A DNA stretch of 64,000 bases from Bacteroidales bacterium (GTDB taxonomy: Bacteria > Bacteroidota > Bacteroidia > Bacteroidales > WCHB1-69): positions 9,462 to 73,461 of the forward strand of contig JAFXTS010000015.1 in the NCBI GenBank assembly GCA_017535665.1. Direction: 5' to 3'. Positions within the stretch are counted from its first letter, which is position 1. Each line of letters begins with the position of its first letter. Both the position numbers and the translations under genes were made by a program. The notes under the pieces were generated by a model, which was not told the origin of the DNA, made no database searches, and worked only from the letters and a program-made list of their open reading frames with translations. Shown here piece by piece: positions 52,238 through 62,601 of this stretch.

Positions 52238-53227
52238 ATGGAAAATTTTAAAGGATTTTCGAGAATAATGCTGATTTTCAGCGTGTTGTGTGCTATGCTG
52301 TGGAGCGGAAGTGTGTCTGCTAATGGCAAAAGTTTTCATTTTGTCGCGCCGTCTCTCCCCTCCCCCTCATCCGTGGCTATCTTGCCTACTGTCAGCGACT
52401 ATCCGCCGGTAGATACCAATAAGCGCAAAGGTAAAGGCAAGACCACGCAGCCTAAGAACAAGAAAGTGACCTTCGAAACCTACGAGGAGAATTATAAAAA
52501 GGCCATGCAATTCTATAACAATCAGCTATATATCAGCGCTGCTCGCCTTTTTGAAGAACTCTATCCCCTCTCCCTCGGTACCCCTCGCGCCGACACTGTC
52601 CTCTTCCTCTTCGCCGATTGCTACTACAACAACGAAGACTACGAAATGGCCGCTTTCCATTTCAAAGAGTATGCCGGAAAATATTCCTCCAGCCCTCGCG
52701 CCGAAGATGCTCATTATAAGGCAATTCTCGCTCTCTCTAATATTTCGCCCGAATATAGCCTCGACCAGACCGAGACCTATTACGTCATTGAAGAAATCCA
52801 GTTGTTTATCCGCACCTATCCCGCCAGTTCCCACATGGAAGAGTGCAACGAACTGCTGGACAAAATGCGTAACAAGTTGGCCCGTAAACAGTTCGAGATC
52901 CTTAGTCTGTACTACAATACCGAAAACTACAAGTCAGCCCAAATCATTGCCCGCAACTTTTTCAAAGACTACAGTTACTCCGAATATTGCGATGATGCCT
53001 ACGCGGTTTTGGTGAAAAACAACTACGAATATGCGCGCCATAGCGTGGAAAGCAAAAAAGTAGAACGATATACGCAATGTGTTGAGGCATACCAAAATAT
53101 GAAAATTTACTGCCCGACTTCCGACCTCCTGAAAGAGGCCGGCAAGTATGCGGAGGAAGCCCAAAATATTATCGACAAGAAAGAATTCAAAAAATCAAAA
53201 AAGAAAGAGAAAAAGCATGAAGACTGA
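52238..53227 (+). CDS. bamD: outer membrane protein assembly factor BamD (TPR lipoprotein)
   Basis: TPR-like repeats (YKKAMQFYNNQLYISAARLFEELY, YEMAAFHFKEYAGKYSSSPRAEDAHYKAILA) and conserved synteny with rpoZ-coaBC. The start was trimmed to the ATG 5 nt after TATATTTG (52226-52233). Confidence 0.75.
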   Translation: MENFKGFSRIMLIFSVLCAMLWSGSVSANGKSFHFVAPSLPSPSSVAILPTVSDYPPVDTNKRKGKGKTTQPKNKKVTFETYEENYKKAMQFYNNQLYISAARLFEELYPLSLGTPRADTVLFLFADCYYNNEDYEMAAFHFKEYAGKYSSSPRAEDAHYKAILALSNISPEYSLDQTETYYVIEEIQLFIRTYPASSHMEECNELLDKMRNKLARKQFEILSLYYNTENYKSAQIIARNFFKDYSYSEYCDDAYAVLVKNNYEYARHSVESKKVERYTQCVEAYQNMKIYCPTSDLLKEAGKYAEEAQNIIDKKEFKKSKKKEKKHED

Positions 53228-53558
53228 TTTCAAACACAGCAATGCGGAAACGATGGCCATCACCCGCAACATCCGCGAATTTGACAAAGAAACCAACAAC
53301 ATCTACGAAACCGTGGTGATTATGTCGAAACGCGCCGACCAGATCTCCCTCGAAATCAAAGACGAGATGCAGAAGGAGATGCAGGAGTTTGCCCCCGCAC
53401 AAGACACCCTTGACGAGGTGTACGAAAACCGCGACCAGATTGATTTGGCCAAGTCCTACGAACGTCTGCCGAAGCCTACACTAATGGCTATTAAAGAGTT
53501 CGAGGACCATAAGATTCATTACAAGCTCAATGATGAGCCGACCGAAGAAAATGCCTAA
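53217..53558 (+). CDS. rpoZ: DNA-directed RNA polymerase subunit omega (Bacteroidota long form)
   Basis: NIYETVVIMSKRADQISLEIK...YERLPKPTLMAIKEF matches the Bacteroidota omega family as I recall it. The gene overlaps the bamD 3' end and the coaBC 5' end. Confidence 0.75.
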   Translation: MKTDFKHSNAETMAITRNIREFDKETNNIYETVVIMSKRADQISLEIKDEMQKEMQEFAPAQDTLDEVYENRDQIDLAKSYERLPKPTLMAIKEFEDHKIHYKLNDEPTEENA

Positions 53559-54762
53559 TCAACCGCTGCACATCGTACTCGGTATTTCAGGAGGGATAGC
53601 TGCTTATAAGTCGCTATCCCTCATCCGCTTATTCCAAAAAAATAATGCGGAAGTGAAGGTCGTGGCCACCCCAAATGCCCTTCAGTTCGTCACCCCATTG
53701 TCCTTGCAAACGCTCTCGCAAAATAAGGTCTATACGGACCCCTTCCAAATTTTGGAAAATGTTGATGTAGAGCATATTGCATTAGCAGAATGGGCCGATG
53801 CGCTGGTAGTGGCCCCCGCCACAGCCAATATCATTGGGAAGTTTGCCAACGGCATTGCCGACGATGCCCTCTCGACTCTCTTTTTGGCCTGCGACAAGCC
53901 TGTGTTCATCGCGCCAGCCATGAATACAAAAATGCTGCATCATCCTGCAGTTCAGCAGAATATCCAGACTTTGCACCTGCGGGGCTGCCATATTCTCGAA
54001 TCGTCTGCGGGCTATCTGGCTTGTGGCACCACCGGCGATGGAAGGATGCAGGAACCCGAGGCGCTATGCGAGTTGGTCATGCAGGCTATGAGCCGCCCGG
54101 CGCTATTCACCGGCAAGAAAGTCCTGATAACGGCTGGCCCTACGTACGAACCTATTGACCCAGTGCGTTTTATCGGCAACTTCTCCTCTGGTCTCATGGG
54201 CTTTCGGCTCGCGGAAACTTTCGCCTCCCTCGGCGCACAAGTGACCCTCGTTACCGGTCCCACCCACCTCTCTATCGCTCACCCTAACGTACAGAGAATC
54301 AACGTGCAAACCGCTGCCCAAATGCTGGAAGCGTGCCAGACCGAATTTCCATCTTCCGATATCGCCGTGATGGCCGCTGCCGTCGCCGACTATACCCCCG
54401 CGGAGGTAGCCCCCGAAAAAATTAAAAAGTCTGCCCAAACTTTGCAGATCCCCCTCCAAAAAACGACGGATATTTTAGCTACGCTTTGTAAGCAAAAGAC
54501 TAAAAATCAGTGCGTTGTGGGATTTGCGCTCGAAACCGAGAATGAACTCGAAAATGCCCAAACCAAACTCAAAAATAAAAAGGCAGATATGATCGTTCTT
54601 AATTCACTGCGCAATGAGGGCGCAGGCTTCCAACACGCCACCAATCTCGTTACAATCCTTGATAAAAACGGAAATGTTCAAACTGGTAAGTTGAAAGATA
54701 AGGCTCAGGTGGCAGAAGATATTGTTGGATATATTGCTAATTATCTGAAACTTACAAAATAA
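53551..54762 (+). CDS. coaBC: bifunctional phosphopantothenoylcysteine decarboxylase / phosphopantothenate-cysteine ligase
   Basis: N-terminal flavoprotein motif ILGISGGIAAYK, PAMNTKM, and C-terminal ligase motifs (ITAGPTYEPIDPVRFIGNFSSG, AAVADY). Alternative ATG starts at 53530 and 53533. Confidence 0.93.
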   Translation: MPNQPLHIVLGISGGIAAYKSLSLIRLFQKNNAEVKVVATPNALQFVTPLSLQTLSQNKVYTDPFQILENVDVEHIALAEWADALVVAPATANIIGKFANGIADDALSTLFLACDKPVFIAPAMNTKMLHHPAVQQNIQTLHLRGCHILESSAGYLACGTTGDGRMQEPEALCELVMQAMSRPALFTGKKVLITAGPTYEPIDPVRFIGNFSSGLMGFRLAETFASLGAQVTLVTGPTHLSIAHPNVQRINVQTAAQMLEACQTEFPSSDIAVMAAAVADYTPAEVAPEKIKKSAQTLQIPLQKTTDILATLCKQKTKNQCVVGFALETENELENAQTKLKNKKADMIVLNSLRNEGAGFQHATNLVTILDKNGNVQTGKLKDKAQVAEDIVGYIANYLKLTK

Positions 54763-54777
54763 CCAATTCGATCAGCT

Positions 54778-55674
54778 ATGAAAAAATTTGGCATTTTATG
54801 GATGGTTTTGATGATGGTTTTCTCGCTTTCCGCGCAAGATTTCCAATGTCAGCTTTCCATTAATTCAACCGCAATTTCTGGTTCTAACCGAAACAAATTC
54901 AATACTTTACAACAAGAGCTGTATAAGTTTGTCAACGACAGAAAATGGTGTCAATATACGCTGAAGACAAACGAAAGAATTGAGTGTGCCATCATGATTG
55001 TTCTTACTGGCGCACAGGGAGATACCTATACGGGAGATATGACCGTTCAGCTTCAACGCCCTGTTTTTAACACCAATTATAAGTCTCCTGTCCTCAACAT
55101 GAAAGATAATGATATCAAATTCACTTATGAGGAAGGAACTCCGCTGGAATATTCTGAAAATCAGAATCTTTCAAACCTCACTTCGTTGATAGCCTACTAT
55201 TTGAATATCTTTTTGGGGTTGGATTTCGATACCTTTTCTCTCAATGGTGGAGATCCCTATTTTTCATTGGCTCAGGGGGTTGTAAATGCTTGCCAGAGTG
55301 CGACCGAGCAGGGATGGAAGTCCTACGAAAACGCACAGAAAAATCGCTACTGGCTGATGGAAAACCTCTCCAATCCTACCTACAGCAAGATTCACGATTT
55401 CTTGTACAAATATCACCGGTTGGGCCTCGATATGATGTCGGAATCGGTGGATGTGGGACGTGCCTCTATTCTGGACGCTATTCGTGATTTGCAGAAGGTA
55501 AATTCCCAAAAATCAAACCTTTACATTGTACAAGTCATGGTTCAAGCCAAGGCAGATGAGATCGTCAACATCTTCAAGGAGGCTTCAACAGTGGAGAAAA
55601 CCGAGGTGATCCGATTGATGAAACAAATCGACCCCGCCAACTCCGCCAAATATAACGCTATCAACCAACAGTAA
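54778..55674 (+). CDS. DUF4835 family protein (PorD-like)
   Basis: Signal peptide. Its size and position between coaBC and recN match the conserved Bacteroidota DUF4835 gene. The family call relies on recall. Confidence 0.6.
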   Translation: MKKFGILWMVLMMVFSLSAQDFQCQLSINSTAISGSNRNKFNTLQQELYKFVNDRKWCQYTLKTNERIECAIMIVLTGAQGDTYTGDMTVQLQRPVFNTNYKSPVLNMKDNDIKFTYEEGTPLEYSENQNLSNLTSLIAYYLNIFLGLDFDTFSLNGGDPYFSLAQGVVNACQSATEQGWKSYENAQKNRYWLMENLSNPTYSKIHDFLYKYHRLGLDMMSESVDVGRASILDAIRDLQKVNSQKSNLYIVQVMVQAKADEIVNIFKEASTVEKTEVIRLMKQIDPANSAKYNAINQQ

Positions 55675-55681
55675 CTAACTT

Positions 55682-57337
55682 ATGTTGAACTCGTTGCACA
55701 TCCGGAATTATGCGCTGATCTCCTCTTTGCAGATTCGTTTCGACAAAGGGCTGACGGTCATTACGGGTGAAACGGGTGCAGGAAAATCCATCATTATGGG
55801 GGCACTCTCCCTCATTTTGGGCCATCGCGCCGATACTTCTACCCTCTTCGATCAGTCGGAGAAATGTGTGGTGGAAGCCGTTTTCGATGTGTCAGGGTTA
55901 CATCTTGAGGATTTCTTTACAGAAAACAATCTTGATTATCAGGATGATACAATTGTAAGACGGGAGATTGCCGTGAGTGGTAAAAGTCGCGCTTTTATCA
56001 ACGATACGCCCGTTACCCTTCCGTTGCTGAAAGAGTTCACCTCCCGCCTTATCGACATCCATTCCCAACATCAGAATTTGCTCTTCCAAAATGCCGATTT
56101 TCGGACAGATGTGGTGGATTTATTTGCGGGTATCAAAAGTCAAGTTGCAGAGTATCAAAAGGTTTTATCTGAGCTGAAAGATTCTGAGCGTCAACTTTCT
56201 GAATTAAAACAACAACATCAGGCCGCTCTCGAAAAGCAGGATTTTCTTCAGTTTGTAGTGAAGGAGATTGAAGAGGCACACTTGAAAGAAAATGAGCAGG
56301 AAGAATTAGAACAAAATATTGAATTTCTGACACATACAGAAACCATCAAGTCCAATCTCTTCCAGATTTTGCAAATCCTTTCCGATGAAGAGCCCTCCGC
56401 CGTTTCCTCTCTCCGTGAGGCCAAGAATCTGAGTGCTGCCATCGCTTCCTATCGTGCCGATCTTGATGAGATGAATCAGCGCATCAACTCCTCCTATATT
56501 GAACTAAAAGATATTGCTAATGAACTCAACTCATTGAATGATAGAATTGAATACAATGCCGATGAGTTAGAAGCCATGCGCCAGCGACTCGACTTTATCT
56601 ACTCCTTAGAACAAAAGCATCATCTGACCTCCGTGAGTGAGTTGCTAAATAAGTATCGGTCTGTAAAAGAGGAATTGGATAACTTTTCAGAAGATGAAGA
56701 ACAGTTGAAAAAGTTGACTTTACGCTGCCAGCAACTGCAAGATAAAGCTCATAAATGCGCAGTGCAACTCCATCAAAGTCGAAATAAAGTTCTTCCAGCT
56801 TTACAAACCCAAGTTCTCGACTATGTACACTCTCTCGGAATGCATGATGCTCAGTTTGTTATAAAATTGGAGACATCTACGACTCTGCTAAAAAATGGCA
56901 TAGACGAGGTGAAATTTCTCTTTTCTGCGAATAGAGGAGTGGAGGTTGCGGAATTGGAGAAGGTGGCTTCTGGCGGTGAAATCTCCCGCCTGATGTTGGC
57001 TGTAAAATCCACATTATCAGAGAAATCGGTACTTCCTACAGTGGTGTTTGATGAGATTGATGTGGGTATTTCAGGCGAAATGGCCGGAAAGGTGGCCGCA
57101 CTGATGCAAAAGATGGCCCAACGTCGCCAGCTCTTGGTGATCACCCATCTCCCTCAAATCGCAGCGAAAGGAAATAGCCATTATCTTGTGTATAAAGAAG
57201 TTGAAGGAAATACCAGTCGCACGAAAGTAACCTTATTGGATGCTCAAACGCGAGCCGTAGAAATTGCCAAAATGATGAGCGGCGAAAAGTGGGGAGAAGC
57301 CACCTTGAAAGCCGCGCAAGAACTTATAGAACAATAA
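55682..57337 (+). CDS. recN: DNA repair protein RecN
   Basis: Walker A GETGAGKS, long coiled-coil middle, and C-terminal signature/Walker B (ASGGEISRLMLA, VVFDEIDVGISG). Confidence 0.95.
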   Translation: MLNSLHIRNYALISSLQIRFDKGLTVITGETGAGKSIIMGALSLILGHRADTSTLFDQSEKCVVEAVFDVSGLHLEDFFTENNLDYQDDTIVRREIAVSGKSRAFINDTPVTLPLLKEFTSRLIDIHSQHQNLLFQNADFRTDVVDLFAGIKSQVAEYQKVLSELKDSERQLSELKQQHQAALEKQDFLQFVVKEIEEAHLKENEQEELEQNIEFLTHTETIKSNLFQILQILSDEEPSAVSSLREAKNLSAAIASYRADLDEMNQRINSSYIELKDIANELNSLNDRIEYNADELEAMRQRLDFIYSLEQKHHLTSVSELLNKYRSVKEELDNFSEDEEQLKKLTLRCQQLQDKAHKCAVQLHQSRNKVLPALQTQVLDYVHSLGMHDAQFVIKLETSTTLLKNGIDEVKFLFSANRGVEVAELEKVASGGEISRLMLAVKSTLSEKSVLPTVVFDEIDVGISGEMAGKVAALMQKMAQRRQLLVITHLPQIAAKGNSHYLVYKEVEGNTSRTKVTLLDAQTRAVEIAKMMSGEKWGEATLKAAQELIEQ

Positions 57338-57340
57338 ATT

Positions 57341-57982
57341 ATGAAAAAGAAACTGTTGGTATTTGTGATTCTGCTTTCGCTGTTCACTGCCCCCGTCGTG
57401 AACGCCCAAACCATGCAGAATACTAAGCATTATCGGTCCCATTTCGCCTATCAAACAGGCTTTGCCTTTAATGCCGGGGTAGGGCAGTTGAAATTTGAAA
57501 ATCGACAGTTGCTCAACAAACTCCCTAATTTCTGCATCGATCAAGTCATTGCCTATCAGTTCAATCCCTATTTTACCTTGGGCGTTGATTTGGGTTTGAA
57601 TATCTGGAAAAAAACGGCCTTTATACCTGTGGGACTGCATCTTAGCGTTGACTTTATGGACTATATCGTCTCTCCCCACTGGTATGCCAATGGTGGCTAT
57701 TCGTTCAAGTGGTATGTGAGTTCAAAGCCTGAAAAGATGACCAAGGTGATTTATGGAGCCGAACCTGGGTGGTATGCTAACACGGGCCTTGGCGTGAAAA
57801 TCCGCCTCAAAGACCAGATTCATCTTATTGTGGCCGCAGATTATAAGATGCAATATTCTTCAATACAGTACTCGGTTACCGACTATACTGCCGACTTCGA
57901 TTACTCGCAGGTGTGGACCAACCGTACCAAAAAACTCTGCTATCACTTTGTCGGAGTTAAATTTGCCCTTCTCTATTGGTAA
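57341..57982 (+). CDS. hypothetical outer-membrane beta-barrel protein
   Basis: Signal peptide MKKKLLVFVILLSLFTAPVVNAQ. Alternating aromatic/hydrophobic strands ending in ...GVKFALLYW. Confidence 0.55.
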   Translation: MKKKLLVFVILLSLFTAPVVNAQTMQNTKHYRSHFAYQTGFAFNAGVGQLKFENRQLLNKLPNFCIDQVIAYQFNPYFTLGVDLGLNIWKKTAFIPVGLHLSVDFMDYIVSPHWYANGGYSFKWYVSSKPEKMTKVIYGAEPGWYANTGLGVKIRLKDQIHLIVAADYKMQYSSIQYSVTDYTADFDYSQVWTNRTKKLCYHFVGVKFALLYW

Positions 57983-58056
57983 ACCTTTTTCAGAATTATT
58001 TGTCAAATCCTTTGTTGTTCATCACTTTATAATAGAAAACCTAAAAACCATATACC

Positions 58057-58608
58057 ATGAAACGTTCCATCCTTATTGTTCTTTTGCTCTCTGTAGTGAC
58101 GTTGGGGTTCGCCCAAAAGAAAAACACACCGGCACCACCGGATATGCCTATTGATAACAACACCCAATTGATTACTTATCAGGATGTTGTACAAGTAGAT
58201 GCTTCCGCAAAGGATCTGTATGACCGCGCATTGAAATGGGCGAAGTCTTTTTATCATAATCCTTCAGAGGTGATCCGCAACCAGGATCCTACCAACTATG
58301 TGCTGAAAATGCGCAGCTCCGTTAGAATTTATTCTCATCAGAAAGATGGTACTAAACTCACTAAAAATGTTGTTTATTACAACTTTACGCTTCAGTGTCG
58401 CGAAGGCCGCTATCGTTATACCATCACCGATTTCAATGAGAAAGCCACTGCCGCCTCGCCCATCGAAAAATGGATGAACCCCGAAGATACCAAATGGGAT
58501 CCCGAATGCTACGTCAATTTGCAAGAGGTAGATGAACAAATCCGTGCATTAATCGATTCTCTTATTGATGGTATGCTTCCGGAAGTTCAAGAAGATGATG
58601 AATGGTGA
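58057..58608 (+). CDS. DUF4468 domain protein
   Basis: Signal peptide, then ITYQDVVQVDASAKDLYDRALKWAKSFY...NYVLKMRSSVRIY...FTLQCREGRYRYTITDF, which resembles the DUF4468 family. Confidence 0.6.
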   Translation: MKRSILIVLLLSVVTLGFAQKKNTPAPPDMPIDNNTQLITYQDVVQVDASAKDLYDRALKWAKSFYHNPSEVIRNQDPTNYVLKMRSSVRIYSHQKDGTKLTKNVVYYNFTLQCREGRYRYTITDFNEKATAASPIEKWMNPEDTKWDPECYVNLQEVDEQIRALIDSLIDGMLPEVQEDDEW

Positions 58609-58610
58609 TA

Positions 58611-59369
58611 ATGAGAAAGTTACCTTTCTTCCTTCTCCTCTTATTGTGCGTAGCCTGTGCCAAAAAACAGCATAGTGGGGACGTAAAAATTCACTTTGAC
58701 ATTCAAGTGGACGGCTCCCATCTCCACTATCATCAGATGCAATATCAAAATGCTGCGGGCAACCGCTATCAGGTCGATGAAGTCAAGTTCTTCATCTCCG
58801 ATGTGGCTTTTCTCACAAGGGGAGGGGAGTGGCATGCCGTTACCGACAACGAGGGCATCCACTATTTTGATTCCGATATAGCCGCATCCTACGACTGGCT
58901 AATTTCTAAAGTTCCTGATGGACAGTTTGATAGCATTACGTTTGTGTTCGGATTGCTGCCTGCACAGAATGTCACCGGCTACTTTGTCAACCCACCCGAA
59001 ATCAATATGGCCTGGCCGGATGTGTTAGGGGGTGGCTATCATTATATGCAGATCAATGGTAAGTGGTTGGCTTCCAATGATACGGTGCGGCCCTTCAACC
59101 TCCATACCGGCATCGGCCAGCGGTACGAAAACGGACAAGTCACCGAGTTTGTTCCCAACCATTTTCGGATGACACTTCCTTTAAGGGATTTTGTAGTAAC
59201 GAAAGATGCCACCATCCAGTTGGATTTTGTGATGAATGTAAATGGCTGGATGTCAGAGCCCAACATCTATGATTTTGATGTCATTGGCGGTAGCATCATG
59301 CAGAATCAGGCGGCGCAGGATATGCTCCGTGAAAACGGTCCTCACGCCCTTTCCGTGAAAGTGCACTGA
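58611..59369 (+). CDS. MbnP-like lipoprotein
   Basis: Lipobox LLLCVAC. YQVDEVKFFISDVAFL and PDVLGGGYHYMQINGKW resemble the Bacteroidota MbnP family as I recall it. No MbnH-like di-haem peroxidase gene is adjacent. Confidence 0.5.
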   Translation: MRKLPFFLLLLLCVACAKKQHSGDVKIHFDIQVDGSHLHYHQMQYQNAAGNRYQVDEVKFFISDVAFLTRGGEWHAVTDNEGIHYFDSDIAASYDWLISKVPDGQFDSITFVFGLLPAQNVTGYFVNPPEINMAWPDVLGGGYHYMQINGKWLASNDTVRPFNLHTGIGQRYENGQVTEFVPNHFRMTLPLRDFVVTKDATIQLDFVMNVNGWMSEPNIYDFDVIGGSIMQNQAAQDMLRENGPHALSVKVH

Positions 59370-59372
59370 TTT

Positions 59373-61985
59373 CTAACGCTTTTTCTTCTCTTTGATAAGC
59401 AGATTCTTGATGTCGTTCAACTTCATCAACGCCTCTACGGGTGTAAGTGAATTGATGTCCAAATCTACAATTTGGTTTTTGACATCTAACAATAAAGGAT
59501 CATCTAAAGCAATGAAACTCAATTGATAACCAGGGTCAGCACGCTTCTCGATGTGCTTCTCGACCTTGTTGTCGTGGGTATCTTCCAGCTGTTTGAGTAC
59601 CTCTTCTGCACGCCGCAGCACACTCGCTGGCATACCCGCCATCCGAGCGACGTGGATACCAAAACTATGCTCGCTTCCGCCTGCTTCCAACTTTCTCAAA
59701 AACAGAATCTTATTGTTGATTTCCTTGACGGAAACATGGTAGTTTTTGATTCTCGGAAACTGCGAAGCCATGTCGTTGAGTTCGTGATAATGGGTGGCAA
59801 ACAGCACCTTGGCACGGTGCCGCGGATGTTCGTGCAGGTACTCGGCAATCGACCATGCGATGGAAACCCCGTCGTAAGTGCTTGTCCCACGGCCAATTTC
59901 ATCCAGCAATACCAAACTTCTGTCGGAGATGTTGTTAAGGATGCTGGCCGTCTCGTTCATCTCGACCATAAAGGTGGATTCGCCAGTAGAGATATTGTCA
60001 GACGCGCCCACACGGGTGAAAATCTTGTCTATCAGTCCGATATGCGCCTCACGGGCCGGTACGAAACAGCCCATCTGCGCCATCAGCACAATCAGGGCGG
60101 TTTGCCGCAACAGGGCCGACTTACCCGACATGTTGGGTCCGGTGATGATGACAATCTGCTGCTGGTCGTTGTCGAGGTGTATGTCGTTGTCGATATACGG
60201 TTCGCCGGGCGGCAACTGTGTCTCGATGACCGGATGCCTGCCGGCCTTGATGTCCAGCACGGTATCTTCTTCAATATCAGGACGCGAGTAGCGGTTCGAT
60301 TCGGCTACGTTGGCAAAGCAGGACAGCACATCCAACCGCGCCACCAACCTCGCATTCAACTGAATCATCGGAATGTAGTCCATCAATGCCAACACCAGTT
60401 CGTTGTACAACCTCCCTTCGATGTTGAGAATGCGGTCTTCTGCTCCTAAAATCCTGCTTTCCAGCTCTTTCAACTCTTCCGTGATGTACCGTTCCCCATT
60501 GGTGAGCGTCTGTTTCCGAATCCACTCGGCGGGCACTTTGTCTTTGTGGGCGTTGGTCACCTCGATATAGTATCCGAACACGTTGTTGAAGCCAATCTTG
60601 AGGGAAGGAATCCCCGTGTTGGCTGACTCTCTTTGCTGGATTTCTGCCAGCACCCCTTTGCTGTTGTTGGCCAGCTCGTTCAGTTCGTCCAGTTCCGCAT
60701 CCACGCCACGGTTGAAAACGCGCCCCTTGTTCAAGGCTACGGGTGCATCCTCATTGATCTCTTTTTCAATGCGTTGGCAGATAATCATACAGGCGTTCAA
60801 CTGTTCCGACAGTTTCTGGAACGCCGGCAGATTCTGTTGTTGACACAGGTTTTGTAGTTTTTGAATAGAACGCAAGGCTCTGGCCAGTTGGAGCATTTCG
60901 CGAGGATTGATCTTCCCTGTTGCAATTTTCGACCCGATGCGCTCAAGGTCGCCAATGCTGCGAGTGCAGGCCTCTGCCTCACTCTTAAAGTTTTCGTTAT
61001 CAATAAAATATTGCACTGAAGACAGTCTTTCCTCAATCAAAGATTTCACCTTCAATGGCATCAGAATCCATTTTTTCAGAAGACGGCCGCCCATCGGGGT
61101 AAGGGTATGGTCGAGGATTTGCAACAGGGTGACGGCATTCTCATTGGGAGAATGAATGAGTTCGAGGTTGCGAATTGTGAAGCGGTCGAGCCACACGTAC
61201 AGTTCCTCCTCAATCCTGTTGATTTTATTGATATGTTGAATTTTATGATTTTGAGTTTCGCTTAAATAATGCAAGGCGGCACCGGCGGCGATGATGCCAA
61301 AAGTGAGGTTCTCTATGCCAAAACCCTTCAGAGAGTTGGTCTGGAAATGTTGGGTGAGGAAGGGGAGGGCATAGTCGGTAGTGAAGACCCAGTCGTCGAA
61401 GGTGGTGAGCAGGATCTTTTCGCCAAAATGTTCCCGAAAATCCGCGCATTTCCCTTTCTGAATCACCATTTCCGCGGGTTTGAAATTTTGCAGCAGCTTG
61501 TCAATATACTCCATGTCGCCTTCGGCGATGTAGAACTCGCCGGTGGAAGCGTCAATGAAGGCGATGCCAATATTCTTGTCGGTATAATGGATGGCCCCAA
61601 GGAAGTTGTTCTCTTTCTGTTCCAATATCTTATCGTTGGTAGCGATGCCGGGAGTCACCAGTTCGGTGATGCCGCGTTTCACAAGCGTCTTGGTGAGTTT
61701 GGGGTCTTCTAGCTGGTCGCAAATGGCTACTCGGTAGCCCGCCCGTACCAACTTGGGCAGGTAGGTGTCGATGGCATGGTGCGGAAAACCAGCAAGATCC
61801 ATGTCAGCAGCCGCCCCGTTCGATCTTTTCGTCAGCACAATTCCGAGAATTTGGGAGGTCTTGACCGCATCTTCCCCGAAGGTTTCGTAGAAATCGCCCA
61901 CCCGAAACAGCAAAATCGCATCCGGATACTGGGATTTGAACTGATTGTACTGCTTCATCAAGGGAGTTTCGCTCTGTTTCGCCAT
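59373..61985 (-). CDS. mutS: DNA mismatch repair protein MutS
   Basis: N-terminal [30 protein letters not shown], Walker [11 protein letters not shown], and [12 protein letters not shown]. The start was trimmed from the track GTG at 62015 to ATG 61985, downstream of TATCTTTG (62004-62011, minus strand). Confidence 0.96.
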   Translation of the reverse strand: MAKQSETPLMKQYNQFKSQYPDAILLFRVGDFYETFGEDAVKTSQILGIVLTKRSNGAAADMDLAGFPHHAIDTYLPKLVRAGYRVAICDQLEDPKLTKTLVKRGITELVTPGIATNDKILEQKENNFLGAIHYTDKNIGIAFIDASTGEFYIAEGDMEYIDKLLQNFKPAEMVIQKGKCADFREHFGEKILLTTFDDWVFTTDYALPFLTQHFQTNSLKGFGIENLTFGIIAAGAALHYLSETQNHKIQHINKINRIEEELYVWLDRFTIRNLELIHSPNENAVTLLQILDHTLTPMGGRLLKKWILMPLKVKSLIEERLSSVQYFIDNENFKSEAEACTRSIGDLERIGSKIATGKINPREMLQLARALRSIQKLQNLCQQQNLPAFQKLSEQLNACMIICQRIEKEINEDAPVALNKGRVFNRGVDAELDELNELANNSKGVLAEIQQRESANTGIPSLKIGFNNVFGYYIEVTNAHKDKVPAEWIRKQTLTNGERYITEELKELESRILGAEDRILNIEGRLYNELVLALMDYIPMIQLNARLVARLDVLSCFANVAESNRYSRPDIEEDTVLDIKAGRHPVIETQLPPGEPYIDNDIHLDNDQQQIVIITGPNMSGKSALLRQTALIVLMAQMGCFVPAREAHIGLIDKIFTRVGASDNISTGESTFMVEMNETASILNNISDRSLVLLDEIGRGTSTYDGVSIAWSIAEYLHEHPRHRAKVLFATHYHELNDMASQFPRIKNYHVSVKEINNKILFLRKLEAGGSEHSFGIHVARMAGMPASVLRRAEEVLKQLEDTHDNKVEKHIEKRADPGYQLSFIALDDPLLLDVKNQIVDLDINSLTPVEALMKLNDIKNLLIKEKKKR

Positions 61986-62003
61986 ATCATCAAAATTTGA
62001 GTG

Positions 62004-62011
62004 CAAAGATA
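62004..62011 (-). promoter_or_regulatory. -7 promoter motif TATCTTTG (mutS)
   Basis: The minus-strand sequence matches TAnnTTTG, 18 nt upstream of ATG 61985. Confidence 0.45.
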
Positions 62012-62056
62012 CCACTTTTCTTCTAAAATTTCAGTCTTCCATAACGAAAAAAGATG

Positions 62057-62064
62057 TAATTTTG
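62057..62064 (+). promoter_or_regulatory. -7 promoter motif TAATTTTG (small repeat protein)
   Basis: Matches TAnnTTTG, 22 nt upstream of ATG 62086. It is divergent from the mutS promoter. Confidence 0.45.
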
Positions 62065-62085
62065 CGCCCTGATAATGCAGCAAGT

Positions 62086-62472
62086 ATGATCTATATTCTG
62101 ATATCCATTTTCATCGTAGCCATTTTGGTGAGTCTGAAGCCAAAGCCGAAAAAAACGCCCCAGCCCACCTCTGCCAATGCTCCCGATTTGCCCCTACCAA
62201 AGACGGCTCGGGCACCTAAGGCTAAACAACCGAAAATGCGGAAAACGGAGACAAATTCTCCGAAAAATGATGAATATTTCACATACGAGACTTTGGAACC
62301 TGAATCTTTCACTCCCGCCACTACTACTTCGACATCTTCAGATTCTTTTGCTGAAAATGAGCAACAAAATGCTGAAAATGAGCAACAAAATAACATTAAT
62401 TTGGAATTAGATGCCGATGAGCTCAAAAAAGGAGTTATCTATTCTATTATTTTAGAAAAACCTGATTTTTAG
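62086..62472 (+). CDS. small membrane-anchored Pro/Lys-rich protein with tandem AENEQQN repeat
   Basis: N-terminal TM helix MIYILISIFIVAILVSL, a basic PK-rich linker, and an acidic tail with an exact 21-nt tandem repeat (about 62349-62390). The start follows TAATTTTG (62057-62064). Confidence 0.5.
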   Translation: MIYILISIFIVAILVSLKPKPKKTPQPTSANAPDLPLPKTARAPKAKQPKMRKTETNSPKNDEYFTYETLEPESFTPATTTSTSSDSFAENEQQNAENEQQNNINLELDADELKKGVIYSIILEKPDF

Positions 62473-62601
62473 ATATTTATAAAGAAAAAAGAAGAAATTT
62501 AAAAATTTAGAAAAAGATGTGGAGGTGTACGCTAAATTTTTTGTAAATTAGCGCGCTAATTTTTTATGGAAAAAATAATGTTTAATATAAATTAGTTTGA
62601 T

